A DNA stretch of 64,000 nucleotides from Cystobasidiomycetes sp. EMM_F5 (Eukaryota): the NCBI GenBank assembly GCA_051047955.1, contig JBPGPT010000004.1:186001-250000 (forward strand), in the 5' to 3' direction. The notes under the pieces were generated by a model that saw only the letters and a program-made list of their open reading frames with translations, was not told where the DNA came from and did no database searches. Positions within the stretch are counted from its first letter, which is position 1; the number at the start of each line of letters is the position of its first letter. Position numbers and translations under genes: made by a program. Below, piece after piece: positions 52,178 through 64,000 of the stretch.

Positions 52178-52619
52178 TCAGAATGTTTCGTGAGATCCAG
52201 CAAAGAACCGGCCATAGACGATGATTGTTCCGTAGACGAGGACTCCCCCGCCAATGCTCATGTACGCGGCCATCGGATGCAGTATCGCAGCATGCGCCAG
52301 TACGAGCGGCAGCGCGACGCCAGTGACGAGGAATATCGAAGTCACAAAATGGCCAAAGTCGACAGCTCCAGACGAGTAGTCGGCAGAGAAGTCGTCGACG
52401 CCCGCACATCTGGCGCAGACAGAGTTGGGCAGTGGTGCGAAAACGAATATTGCAGCTGGTATTCTTATATGTCAGTGACTGGGCTAGCACATTTTGACCG
52501 CCAGACTGACCGACGAGCAGCGGCATCCAGTTGCCGTACAGAGCGCACGACAGGATTATGAGGAGGAAACCCAACGCCAGAACGAACGATAGGCTTTGTA
52601 TGGAGGATACGGTGTGCAT
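52178..52619 (-). CDS. VPS55: Vacuolar protein sorting 55 (OB-RGRP family)
   Basis: LSFVLALGFLLIILSCALYGNWMPLLV|..FVFAPLPN...DFGHFVTS...ALPLVLAH...MSIGGGVLVYGTI; 5' end approximate. Confidence 0.9.
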
Positions 52620-53241
52620 GGCCGGCAGCTCTTACAGTCAGCTCGAGAGATCTGAATCAACGCCGTCCTACAGCGGCAGCGTACAATATGATGCCCTGCT
52701 GCGGGCTAAGCCGCAATATCGACGCCATCTGATTCAGTATTTACGACAGTATTCCCGTTGTTTTCAGTTAGCGTCCTTTGTGCAGCTTTGCCCGTGAAAT
52801 GGGTTGGTGGGCGTCAGTCCCGGAGCCCATCCCCTCAGAGTCAACAAACCCCGTCATGATTATATTTTTTCGACTCGGACGACTAGCGACAACGTATGGC
52901 AGCTACAGCGTCAGCAGCTCGACCTACTCAGTCTGCTTGCGGGCGTAGTCTTATGCGGTTTGCATGCATAACGCAGGGGAGCGAGAGGCTGGTCGTCTGG
53001 GGAGAGGGGTAGTTTTTTCCCAGAAAATTGGGCGGCTAGGCCGTGTAGAGTGGCCGTCCTGCAGCGGCAATGAGCGCGTATTTATCGCGCATAGTGCGGG
53101 AGGCTGGCTACCCACATGGCGCCCACTTTCTGGCCGCTGGCCTTCGCCTCTTGCCTCTCAATTGCCCAGACAGTCCTCTCAGACCACTCTACGCGTCCCA
53201 ACTTGCACTTTACGCGCATCAGCAACCAACACTCACTCAAC

Positions 53242-53929
53242 ATGCATACCACACTCACCTCTACACACACCAGCACCAGCGGCATCGAGGTGGCTCCCTT
53301 CCCATCGTTTTCCATCAACCAAGACAAGCTCTTCCAAAGCCTCGGAGAGGCACTAGCCAAGGAAGGCAGACAGTTTGTCCGCATCCACTCGCAGGAAGTC
53401 GGGTTGGACATCACTTTCATTCGGGAAGTCCCGAAAATCTCAGCCCCTGTGCCGTTTACCCCTGAGAAAGTGAGTCGGACTTTGACTGAAAAGAAAACCA
53501 AAGTCAACTTTGGCTGACAGCCACTATCAGCGTACCAAGACCCAGATCCCTACCTCTTACGAGAGAACCTCGTCTCGCGAGGTTTCTTCGCCCGAGGAAG
53601 AGCTTCCGGAATCTCCGGTCACACCAGATGGCCGCTTCGTCTTTCCACAGCGGGCTGTGGGCCACATCACACCTTCGTCCAGTCGCCTCTCGAGCCCATT
53701 CCAGCTGGCTTACTACCAGCAGCCGGCTCCTGTTGCGTCCACTTCGGCTGCGGTCTACTTGCCACCCATCGTTCGGGCCCCGGTCAACAATGGAGTCCGC
53801 CAGAAGCTGATCTTGGCCAAAAGGGCTGCCGAGGCAAGGGCAGCTTGTGCAAGGGTAACTCCCAAGCAGAACACTCCTCCCAAGACCCGCACCGTCAAGC
53901 CTCGCACCACAAAGAACTCTAACAAGTGA
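53242..53929 (+). CDS. Hypothetical Ser/Thr/Pro-rich protein with basic C-terminus (2 exons)
   Basis: ATG 53242; GTGAGT...CTGAC...ATCAG intron ~53470-53530 joins ORFs 53116-53517 and 53510-53929; many C-ending codons. Confidence 0.65.
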
Positions 53930-55282
53930 GGATCAGCGTGGATCATTCAGCGTATGTCATTAAAGATCAGATATCGTCGAGATTGTTTTCTGATTATCTT
54001 TCTCATCTCATCAGTGCCCACAGTCATTTCTATCTAGTGGTCTTCGTGCTCTGGCCAGCTCGTTGCACATTGTGCTCCGTCTCCGCATTTGCTCAAGATT
54101 ATACCTTCATCAGCATATGTCAGCATCTGCATCGTATCAGCACCCGCAAGATATTGTGTACAGCCTCGCCATTTGTTTATACGCAACGGCATGTCATCGT
54201 CACTGTTCTCTCCTGCAACCTGCTCATCGATATCTCACGCATTCCGCATTCTCATCTCGTTAGCCTTTCCAATATCAGCATTCTCTTTCGCTCTTCTTTT
54301 TATTGTCAGCTCTTTCTTGACTACTTTTCATCTTCTTGTTCAATCTACCATGTCGTTGTCATCGTTAGCTTTCTTGACTGCAATATCGATCTCGTCTCTG
54401 TATTCTCTCGATTTGAGTTTACTGACATGTCGCGCCGGCTTCAAGCATGTTGACGTATCTGAGATCGTGATGGGTATCCTGAATTTGTCGTGGGCAATCG
54501 TAGTCGAACTGTGCGCAGAACATAGCAGTTCTAAATCTTCGCGACGCAAGAAGGGGAAGAAAGCGCGCTGGGGGAGCCGGTTCGGCAAGCAACTAGACCC
54601 TCTGATACCTCTGGTACGACAGCCTTTGCTTCTTTGTCGATACGCATAGATGCATCGGATTGGCCGCGTCGAGTCCAGCCCGTGATGGCTGGTCGTTTTC
54701 ACGTGCAGTCTTCGGGCCCCTGTCATGCATTGTAAGAGGTGTGCCGTACCCGAAATTGTGAATGCGGTATCGTATCGACGTATCGGCTGTCGGTATGGTT
54801 GCAAGTGCAAGGCGAGTCGTCCATTTTGTGAGCAGCTATGACCAAAGGAAAGCCGCATGAAAAGCCGCTCTTTTCATTGGAGCGTTAACGATGCCGGGCA
54901 GGGACTGAGCAGAGGGGTAGCCTATGCCGAGCAAAACAAGCTTCAGCTTGAATCTTCTTGCTTTGAGCTTCAAAAGTCAGAAAGCTTTAGCGAAACCAAG
55001 CCTGAAAGCGGTCGTTCGAAAGCCCTGGAGTCCGAGAGCGAGGCGGGGCTACCCAGCCATCCTGCATTAGTCGTCATCAGCACTGAATTAGCAACATCTT
55101 TCATCCCGCCATTTTGCATGAAAAGAAGATGTTCCACCCTGAGGACCCTGGCCATCCTGGCAATGATCGATAGCCATGACTGAGCTTGATTTCCTACCAA
55201 GAGCCAGTCCTGGCGAGCTGATAATTCTGCCAATTGCACACCTGCACACGCTGCACACGCTGAATGAGACTGGCGAGTAACT

Positions 55283-58200
55283 ATGCCAGCCCAGCGCCGC
55301 TCATCGGCCAGGTCAGCAGCCAGAGGTGCGCAGCCAGGGCGCGTAAATAAGGCCGAGTCACCGCAGACAAGGACAGCTACGAGCAAGCTAGACGACGACG
55401 AAGATAGCAAAGACGACGTGGTCAAGTCTGAGAGCGAGCTGGACGTCAAGGAGCCCAATCTTACCCGTGGGTGTTTGGTGCTGCGCGGCCGCTAGTTTCT
55501 AGGACAATACTGACAAGATTCATTTCATAACGTTGCGTACATTACCACATCACCACAGTCCAAGCATCAGGGAGTACCACCACCGCTACGACCGCCTCAC
55601 CTCGTAAACGCGTTCGAAGTTCAACAAACGATACATCAGCCACACAAGTCAAGGCGGAAGAAGACGAAGCCAGACATGACAATGGACGTGTCTCTGTCAA
55701 AGTGGAGTCAAACGTAGAAGGCGGGCAACGGAACAAGCGTCGCAAAGTGGAGACTCCCTCATCGCCGCCCTCAACGACTAGGTCATCAAAAAGATCAGCA
55801 CATCCGTCTGTGGAGTCACGCTCGCCGCATATCAAACAGGAGCAGACTGATGAAGCGACGAACGATACCCGTCCGCGCAGAGTGGACCGGCGGAGCGTCG
55901 CTGCACGTAATGCTGCACAAGCTGCAATGGAGCGGCAGAATAACAGGAGCACACGAGTAAAGAAGGAAGAGGAGGACGTAGAGAATGTCAGTACAGCGTC
56001 CGAGACGACGCGTCCATCTACGTCACGGGATGTATCGGCAGGAGCGAAGAAGGAGGAGGAAGATGACAGCATGGAGTCTTCCCAAGTTCAGGCTAAACAA
56101 GCAGTGGTCGTGGTCAGAGAAGCGCCATCAGTCTCAGTTAATCTGTCGCGTTCGCCAGACAAGAGCAGGAAGGGCAAAACTGCTCGAGGTTCTCCGCTTC
56201 GCACGGTAGCTGCTCACCCTACCGAGACTGAGGGAGTAGTCAAGCCGAAGCAAGAGAGCCACGAGGGACACACCACCGACGAAGAAGATGAGCCGGTACA
56301 GCCATCGGTCTATAGTAGAGCTGAAAAGGGCAAAGGGCGGGCAACCACGCCACAAGCTGGCGCACACCAGCATGCAGATCCTGCTCATTTGGTGGACGAA
56401 TTGGCAAAGCTACGCAGGGAGCTACAAGATGCGCAAGCGGTAAGTACACTCATTCCCTGGGATCTGAGCTGAGGCTAAAGCGAGTATCTGCCGATAGACT
56501 CTGGAAAGCCAGAAAGCGGCGTTCGACCGAGTCAACGAGCTGTACAGGTGTACTATATGTTTGGAGACACTAAGAAATCCTTTGGCGTGCGTTGTGATTC
56601 CTTTACCTTCAGATCGCAAGCTGACGACTAGGGACAGTCTCGCATGCGGGCATGTCTTTTGCCAGAATGACCTGTGGAATTGGTTCCATCGAATGGATGG
56701 GGATGACGACGACGACGACGACGACGATAGTAGTAGTGATTATTATTCGGAAGACTGGACCCCTCCACCGGACGGCACCGTTCCTCGTGGTCGTCCTGCG
56801 GTGCGGACCACTGCAACAGTGCCTGCCCAGGCAGCAGGCAATGCCCTCACTGCAACACGCGGCTCCACGGTAGGCATTTCTGCCCAGCATCTGGCGCCTC
56901 GCAACCGTCTCGAGGAGGATTTGTTTCCCGTTTCCGATGATCTGCAGACGGACGATGAAGATGATGATGCTCGACCTGGCCTCAGTAGCCTGACCCGAAC
57001 AGCTCGTACAGACGCTGGAACATTCCGCCAGACTGTCACCTTTCCCACCTCTTTTATGGCCGATCGAAGACCTGCTAATTCTGCCAGGCGGGCTATCGCA
57101 GGCCCACCTGCGGGAGCGGTAGCGCCCAGTAATAACACAGCTAACGTGTATGCATCAGCATCGCAGGTCGTGAACACACGAACACTCAACAGAGCGACTC
57201 AACCCGGCAATGCCGCTACCAGCAACAGCGAGGCGACGAGACAAGCTGAAGAGGTTCGCCCTGCGATTCCAGCTGCACCGCGAACGGAGACACCAGGTGT
57301 CCCAACGGTCCGCATACCTGCGAGAAGGCGCCCCACCAAGCGCAATTTAGTTTGTCCACACTGTCGTGAGCCCGTTGCGACCGCTCCTATCCCCATCTTT
57401 GTGGTCAGGGAGGTGGCAGATCTGATAAGATCACGGTCAAGCGGAAGGAGACAGCCAAGTCTTGATCTTGAGCGATCTAACGATACCATCGATGACACGA
57501 CCTGGGGAGGCCTCTTCAAGCGCACTGATCGAGAAGGGGAGAGGAATGTGGACCGACATGGTATTGTGGATGTCGAGGATGGAGTGCGTCGCTGTATCTA
57601 TTGTCACTGGGAGATAACAGGTGCCCGGTGCTCGAATGTAGGATGGTGAGTTTGTTGCGAAGTCGAGCGATCAAAATCGCAACTACTGACGATATGCTCC
57701 TGTACAGCAACACAAGATACGAAGTACCAGATGGTGCCGTACCATCAGATGACCAATTGTACGACAGCGATATTGAGTCTGATATATATGAAGTACCACG
57801 AAGACGCGATCAGTCTCTGGACGAGGAAGACGAAGAGGGGGACCTGTCGGACCTTGTGGTCAAAACCGAGGAGGAAGAGGAGAGCGATATAAGCACCCAG
57901 TCTGAGGCTAGCACAGACTTGCATGGAAGGCGTCTCGTTGGGAGCAGGAATGCTCCACCGGCTCGCGCAAACGACCAGTACATACGCGACCGACTTGCTG
58001 CACATCATGCCATATTCGAAGCTACCGACGACAGCGATCAACAAACCGGTTACGAGTCAGATGAGCACAACGAAGAGCAAGGGACAGATGAAGAAGGCGA
58101 AGATCTCATGGAGGATCACGGTTCCGATATGGATGACAACGCAGTTTCTGGCGACAACAGCGATAGTGAAGTCGGCAGTTCACTTGCTCGAACGTACTTG

Positions 58201-58932
58201 GCATCACGCGCTGGCCGGAATGCGGATGCTCGAGACCACCGCAGAAAACGCAACAGATATGCTTATTCGTCCGAAGAAGAGGATGACATCGACGACGAGG
58301 ACGCGGAAGATGCCGATGATTTCATTGACGACGGACCTGTCATCCACAGACCTCGCGACGACTCCCTGCTCGACGACGAGGAGGATGAAGCAGAAGAGAC
58401 AGATGCCGAAACTCGTCGAGCTAGACGAGAGGAGCGGAGACAAGCTAGGGCAGCGCGATCTCTCTCCAATGGACACAGCGGGTCACCGATGTACTCCAAT
58501 AGCTCGAGTCAGGACAGCGATGAAGAGAGCGAAGATTCTGATCAGCTTGAAGAAGGAGCTCAGCATGAGACATCGGCCACTTCAAACAACCAAGACGAGG
58601 AAGCGGAGGAGTCGGTAGACGAAGAATTGGAATCTCAGGGTGTTTCAAATGCCCGCAAGAAACGTCAGCAGGCCTACGACAGCGCCAAAGAATTTCGTAC
58701 AGCCTCTCGCGGCAATCCAGGTGCTGTATCGCGCCTCGTTCAGAATGACATTCGACGTAAACACAGCACTGAAGCAACGGACAATCGCTCTCGCGCCAAC
58801 AATGCCTTCGTCGACAATTTCGCATCTATTGTTGGACGAATCACAAGGGATGTGACCCAAACAGCAAGTCAACGCGCCGGTCCGAGTCAAGCAATACGCA
58901 AAAGACGGATCGTGGAATCCGATGACGAATAG
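55283..58932 (+). CDS. Psh1-like RING E3 ubiquitin ligase (split RING, C4 zinc finger, acidic tail)
   Basis: CTIC-x11-CGHVFCQNDLWNWF ... CPHCREPV, WGGLF, DVEDGVRRCIYCHWEI...C..., long Asp/Glu-rich C-terminus. Confidence 0.75.
56700..56728 (+). repeat. GAC trinucleotide repeat encoding poly-Asp inside the RING insertion
   Basis: gat(gac)7gat followed by agtagtagt. Confidence 0.8.
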
Positions 58933-59277
58933 AGAGAAGACCAGGTTGGCGCTCCTGCTAATTCTTTCAATAAAGACGTGTGTTGTTGCTGCCCCTGAGC
59001 TATTATTGCTTACCTCGGTTCTTCGTGCTGCCCTGTATGAGAGCCTTTGTCGAAATGAAAATTTCTCCATGCTAGTCGAAGCGGCTTTTATCTCAGTGAG
59101 GCATGTGCTTAAGACTAGCTCTTCCTTGAGTGTTCAATCTCTGCCTGTTACTTCGCTACCCGAATTTGCGGCTCAGTTTCTCCGCAATGCATCGTCCATC
59201 AGTCAGCCCATGCCATCCTTCCTGCGGTGCTACACCACGCCGTCTCGCACATGATATCCTGACAGCTCCGTGATGCG

Positions 59278-60716
59278 ATGATGGGTCCCAACGAGATCCG
59301 AGTATTGTCAGAAAGTCAAGTGGATGACATTTTGAATCGCCTCTCCGCAGATGAAATCGTAAGCCTGGACAATTACCGCTGATGTTTTGCCTCTGATTCT
59401 CGAGTTCCTACCATCCGACTCAATGTAGCTACGATGCGTTGGTCGCGCCCTCCATGCCTTCTCTGAAGCCAATACTAGCCCGACGCGCACCACCGAAACC
59501 GAACGTTCGCAATACACGGCTGACGTACAGAATCCACGTCGCTTGAATGTGACGACGCCGCACCATAATGTCCTTTTCATGCCCTCCCGAGCGTAAGTCG
59601 GCGGTCTTCCAATCAGTTCCGTGCTCGAGAATAGCTGACGCCCCCGTCCACAGCGTTTCCAATACAAGCATCAAGGTTGTGAGCGTGCCTCGCTCGTCCC
59701 AAGATACGTCTGGACTACCGGCAGCGACAATGGTCATTAACGAACATACCGGACGAACGAAAGCTCTCATCAATGCACGCAGTCTGACTGCTGTCCGAAC
59801 AGCGTAGGTTCCGCTTGAACATGATATATACACACCACAAACTCACTTCTCCCCTGTGGTAGTGCGGCCTCAGTCTTGGCCTTGCGACTCTCACCGGACG
59901 TCCGCAATGCAAAGAAGATGCTGATCTTTGGCACTGGTCTACAAGCTCTATGGCATGCTCGACTGATCTGCACACTGTTGTCAAGTCTGGAAGAAATCGT
60001 CATTGCATACCGTTCGCACAATTTGCGAGCACAAGCTACCGTTCGAGCAGTCTCTGAATTGCCGACATTCTCGAGCGCTACTGTCAGGGGCTGCCTTATC
60101 GAGGAGGCGGTCAGTAAACATGGCGCGGTGGAAGATGCCGACGTTATATGCTGGTAAGTCGCCTTTCCTTGTGTCGAACTATACACTTGCTGATCTTCCC
60201 ACACAAGTTGTACCCCGAGTACAGAATATCTCTTTTCTGCTACACGCGTCAAGCAGGGATGCTGTATCACAATGATTGGCTCGTACAAGCCACACATGCG
60301 CGAAGTCGACTTGGCTGCATTATTCGCAGGCAATGATGGGACGGATCGAAAAACGGATGGTCCTCAGGCTCAACGTGTCATAGTAGACTCAAGGGACGCT
60401 TGCATAAGTGAGGCTGGAGAGATTTACGATCTTCGGGCGAGTCATCCACAACTTTTCGCTCCGGACAAGCTCGGCACGACTCTAGTCGAATTAGGGGAAT
60501 TACTGGACGAGAATGGATGTGGACGCGAGTCGTGTGGATCAAAGCAGGACTACGTGACTGTGTTGTGAGTCAGAATGAGATCTTCGAATGGAGCATGCCA
60601 CACTCATTGCTTCGCACAGCAAAAGCGTTGGCGTGGGAGTGATGGATTCCGCAATTTCTGCTCTGATCCTCGCAAAGGCCGAGCAACTGAATTTAGGTAG
60701 TCTTGTTGACTTCTGA
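59278..60716 (+). CDS. Ornithine cyclodeaminase/mu-crystallin family NAD(P)-binding protein
   Basis: MMGPNEIRVLSESQV, VLFMPSR, IKVVSVP, LTAVRTA, IFGTGLQALWH, IGSYKPHMREVD, VIVDSRDACISEAGE, KSVGVGVMD. Confidence 0.9.
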
Positions 60717-60808
60717 TGTGCTGCAGCGTATCGAGAAATTGTATTGTAACTGCTTTAGCATGATGTGCAGTGTCACCTTGCTGGCCAAGCAGAATTACGT
60801 ATACGAGC

Positions 60809-61603
60809 CTAATTCTTGCCTTCACAATGTGCCTGGTATGCTTCAGCGTCCATCAAATCTTTCATTTCGTCCGCATCCTTCAGCTCAATTTTGCACAACC
60901 AGCCTGCGTCCGGAGTGTACAGGGAAAGACTGGTCAGATGTGCCCGGCCGGTCATGGTTTTCACGTCCCCGCACCTGCACCCTCTGGATCTCTGTTCAAA
61001 AGACTAGGTTGGTCGCCGAGTGCATCATTAATTTCTGTAATCTTGCCAGACACTGGCGCAAAGATGTCTGAGGCGGCTTTGACAGATTCAACTGCGCCAA
61101 TCTGGTCTGAGGTACACAATAATGACAATGGAATTAGGTCAGGACGAGGGCTTGGAGTTTTGTATTGCGAGGCTCGTACCTTGCTTCGTTACGTCGCTCC
61201 CCTTTGCCGGTAACTCGACAAAGACGACGTCGCCCAATGCTTTCTGAGCGTAGTCTGTAATCCCGACCGTTCCACTTTTCTGAAGAGAGCCATAGGATAT
61301 GGCCGCGAGAATGTGGGGAGCAGTACAAATTCAATGTGATTTCAGTACATGCACATCTTCTGCGACCTCGGCTAGGAGACTGACCGTCGCGGTGTCATAC
61401 TCGACCCATTCGTGATCTTCAGTGTACACCTTGGCTACGACGTTACAAGTCAGACATCTTCATCCACATCTTCAATAGTGCGAAATGTCTTATTTACTGC
61501 TGGCCCATCGCTGTTGTCGGAGCGCAGCACCACGGGCTATCGGACGAAATGTCTGTTGCGGAAGGACGCGAGCGATGGGACGGACAGCAGCCACACGAAG
61601 CAT
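60809..61603 (-). CDS. GCV3: Glycine cleavage system H protein, mitochondrial
   Basis: Hand-spliced: presequence [37 protein letters not shown], lipoyl motif [23 protein letters not shown]; most exons are too short for the ORF track. Confidence 0.94.
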
Positions 61604-61902
61604 GGTCTCAGCGAGCAGCAGTGGGGACAGTCTTGAATGGTCGAATACGGGAAATGATAAAAGGTCTGACAGCGACCTCAAAGACTGATCGATGTTGGGT
61701 TTGGCAACATCAGCAATTCAGCGAAACGCAGACTACTTGAACAATCTGATACAGCACGCTATACACTCTCACGAATTGCAGAGAAGTCCGTCAATTGAAA
61801 CGCCGAACTTGAATATCCGCCAATCGTGAGAAAATACCTTCTTCATTCACCTACTCTCCACATGGCCTACTCTACACTAATTCAGTCGAGTTGCGTGTTC
61901 GT

Positions 61903-62813
61903 TCACAGCATAACAAGGCCAAGGGTGCCAACGGCAGACAGAGCAATGACGGCGTATCCAGCAGTCCATGCGCTCTTGAGTTCGAGGACTGATGTAGAAG
62001 CCGGACAGAATTAGCACGAGACACTTGCGAGTGCATGACGTTATAGAGCCTTACAGTAACCCATATCCCACAGTAAGTGTCGGCAGCCGTTCAATGTATG
62101 ATAGACGGCAGCTGTGGCGGCAGACGACATCAGACGGGTGATGCTCCCACGGCAGAAAACTACTCACGAGCGCCGAGGATGACCTTGCCGGCAACTTTGG
62201 CCCAAAGAGGTGCGCTCGCGACTAGTGAAATAAGGCTGGCTGATGTGAATCCGGAACCGATGAGGGGAAGACCAGCGTATGCAATGGCAAAAGCGTAGAT
62301 GCCGGCGGAAAGGCCAGTTCCAGTGACACGATTAGCGATAGAAGAGATCCATCCGAGTTGAGGCTCGTAGATTGTGCTGTTATGATATTGTACCATTAGC
62401 CTGGCCGGAACAAGATGGACAAGACTACTGAAAGCCCACAAATGAGGAGAGCTCGGTCGAAGTGCGCGCTGCTTGTTCAGCAACTGGAGGGCTTCCTCTG
62501 ATGTCGTGGCCTGTGTCGAAACCGACCTGCGTATCCAATTTCCGACATTAGCTATCTTGACCCAATTGCCCGGATTGCATTCCATTCTCACCTGGGCTTC
62601 GGGACTGTGGCTTTCGCAGAAGCAGACGCCGCTGCTCTGAACAGGACACCGTTATGCGACGCCTGCGCAGTCTCTGCAGCGGACAATGCGATCCAGCAGA
62701 GAAAATGAAGTCCCATCAGCCGCTGTCCATCGATCCGTCCAACGCTGCCCGGTTCACATACTCTGCGCGAGCTTGGTCAGCGCTCGCTGCTGGAGGATAC
62801 GTGTTGCCTGCAT
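61903..62813 (-). CDS. SDH3: Succinate dehydrogenase cytochrome b560 subunit
   Basis: QRALRPSSPHL|TIYEPQLGWISSIANRVTG, YHTLNGCRHLLWDMG, C-terminal TM; presequence MQATRILQQRAL. Confidence 0.93.
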
Positions 62814-63153
62814 TGCTGGAGTTGGGGGATATGGAAGTAATGTACGAACGAGGCTTATGGCTGGCGGCTGATTTGCTAGGCGAACTAAGATCGGAGACGA
62901 CCGGGCAAGCACAATCAAGCCCGGGTTGGAAAGTAAAGACACTATACCCAGCATTAGCGGGTCAGACACAAAAAGCACATCTATATACAGACTGGCTACA
63001 TCCGTATCCCCCTCCTGAAATCAGATACTTCCAGCTCCGCTTTACATACCGTCTGTACTGAATCCGAAGCTCGAATGAATGTTGATAGTGAAACAGGACA
63101 CGATCTCGCGTGTATGGAGATTAAACAGACGATAGTGTGTTTGTTTGGCAAGT

Positions 63154-64000
63154 TCAGGCAATCTTGCGAGCCGGAGTTACGACTGCCGTTCTCCTTCTCC
63201 GCTCTGAGCGAGTCGCAGAACCAGGCGTACCATGACTGCTTGCTCGTCGCTTCTGACGCCTATGCGCCGCAGCATGACTGGCTGTACTGCTTGTTGGTGG
63301 CGCATTACCAAGTCCCGGCGACCCCGCAGCAGACGGCGCAGGTGAGACGAGTCTACTGAGAGTTTCTGCAATAGGAGTAGATGGCACAGAGGCTGGAGGT
63401 GTAGTGTAGTGCTTGCGAGAGGCAGTCGTGTTCGGAAAGACGGTGCTGTCCGCACTGAAGACTCCGAGAGGTGGATCAACAGAAGGTGGCCTACTTACGA
63501 ATCCCGAAGCAGCCCCGCTCTGCCCTAACAAAGGTCGCATCGATCCTCTCCTGGTCTGGGAGGCGACGAGAGACGTGCCACGCTCCAGACCTGCATGAGG
63601 CGGAGTTGCGACAGGCATAGTCGAAAAAACAGAAGCAGCATCTTGGCTATTGATGACTTCTGCAGTCGATAGAGCCGGAGGATTCGAAGTTGTGATGGAA
63701 GCGCTCCAGAAGAGGTCTGTGCGCGCAGGTAGAGATTGCGGCAGAGTGGGTACTCTGTCTTTTCTCGCAAAAGGCGAACCTTTCTGTACCTGGAGGAATG
63801 GATTGATCTTGTGTGACTGCTGCAGTAGCGCAAGTGGAGCGTTTCCAACTTTACGGCCCCAACACGAGACGAATACGATCCTTCTCATCTTGCGATTGTA
63901 GAAAAAGTGGTTCGAACTCCACAACAGTCCACCCGTCTCGTCAATGTCGTCTTCGTCATCCTGGGCATGACGGCGCATTCGATCGTCTTCTTCAGACATG
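63154..64000 (-). CDS. MAF1: Maf1 RNA polymerase III repressor, 3' part (5'-partial)
   Basis: Box C motif GGLLWSSNHFFYNRKMRRIVFVSCW followed by a long disordered S/T/P tail. Confidence 0.8.
   Translation of the reverse strand, partial: MSEEDDRMRRHAQDDEDDIDETGGLLWSSNHFFYNRKMRRIVFVSCWGRKVGNAPLALLQQSHKINPFLQVQKGSPFARKDRVPTLPQSLPARTDLFWSASITTSNPPALSTAEVINSQDAASVFSTMPVATPPHAGLERGTSLVASQTRRGSMRPLLGQSGAASGFVSRPPSVDPPLGVFSADSTVFPNTTASRKHYTTPPASVPSTPIAETLSRLVSPAPSAAGSPGLGNAPPTSSTASHAAAHRRQKRRASSHGTPGSATRSERRRRTAVVTPARKIA

Noticed and set aside
51261..52619. 452-aa ORF apparently fusing the VPS55 N-terminus to SSL1
   Set aside because: It runs through the VPS55 intron, out-of-frame exon 2 and the intergenic gap. 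Spliced VPS55 has its own stop at 52178 and SSL1 has its own ATG at 52007, so this is most likely a chance open frame.
53926..54649. Long hydrophobic ORFs (175 and 186 aa)
   Set aside because: Expected by-product of the T/C-rich, stop-poor tract; they start on GTG/TTG and look like UTR.
60770..61213. 147-aa plus-strand ORF with a signal-like N-terminus
   Set aside because: Antisense to well-supported GCV3 exons.
1..64000. Nitrogen-catabolism gene cluster (DAP lyase, URC4, cyclodeaminase, GCV3)
   Set aside because: The genes are scattered over 60 kb among unrelated housekeeping genes; no evidence of clustering.
1..64000. tRNA, rRNA, snRNA, transposon, telomere or CRISPR-like arrays
   Set aside because: No cloverleaf/box A-B patterns, transposase or RT motifs, terminal repeats or regularly spaced repeats recognised by eye; a covariance-model scan could still find small RNAs.

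Overview
Gene-dense, intron-rich fungal genomic DNA: about 30 genes in 64 kb, introns mostly 50-80 nt with GTRMGT-type donors, and intergenic gaps often under 200 bp. This suggests a compact basidiomycete, possibly Pucciniomycotina (Mixia-like); that placement is inference only. Recognisable genes: an intronless diaminopropionate ammonia-lyase/M20 amidohydrolase fusion, mitochondrial IF2, endosulfine, PKC1, a SUN protein, an MFS transporter, alpha-actinin, a WRN/EXD2-type exonuclease, PI31, a J-protein, URC4, an SLC45/Sut1 sugar symporter, a Mit1/CHD-type remodeler, an EFM3-like methyltransferase, SSL1, VPS55, a Psh1-like RING protein, an ornithine cyclodeaminase/mu-crystallin, GCV3, SDH3 and the 3' end of MAF1. 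The most unusual items are orphans: (i) a ~614-aa leaderless protein with two predicted BPI/TULIP-like barrels, whose N-terminal domain appears shared with a second orphan ~18 kb away; (ii) a tandem pair of small ubiquitin/PB1-like paralogs, one with a 1-nt frameshift; (iii) a tail-anchored disordered protein with three acidic AIM/LIR motifs, a candidate autophagy receptor. I recognised no tRNA, rRNA, transposon or CRISPR-like array. Exon boundaries were inferred by eye and are approximate where stated.
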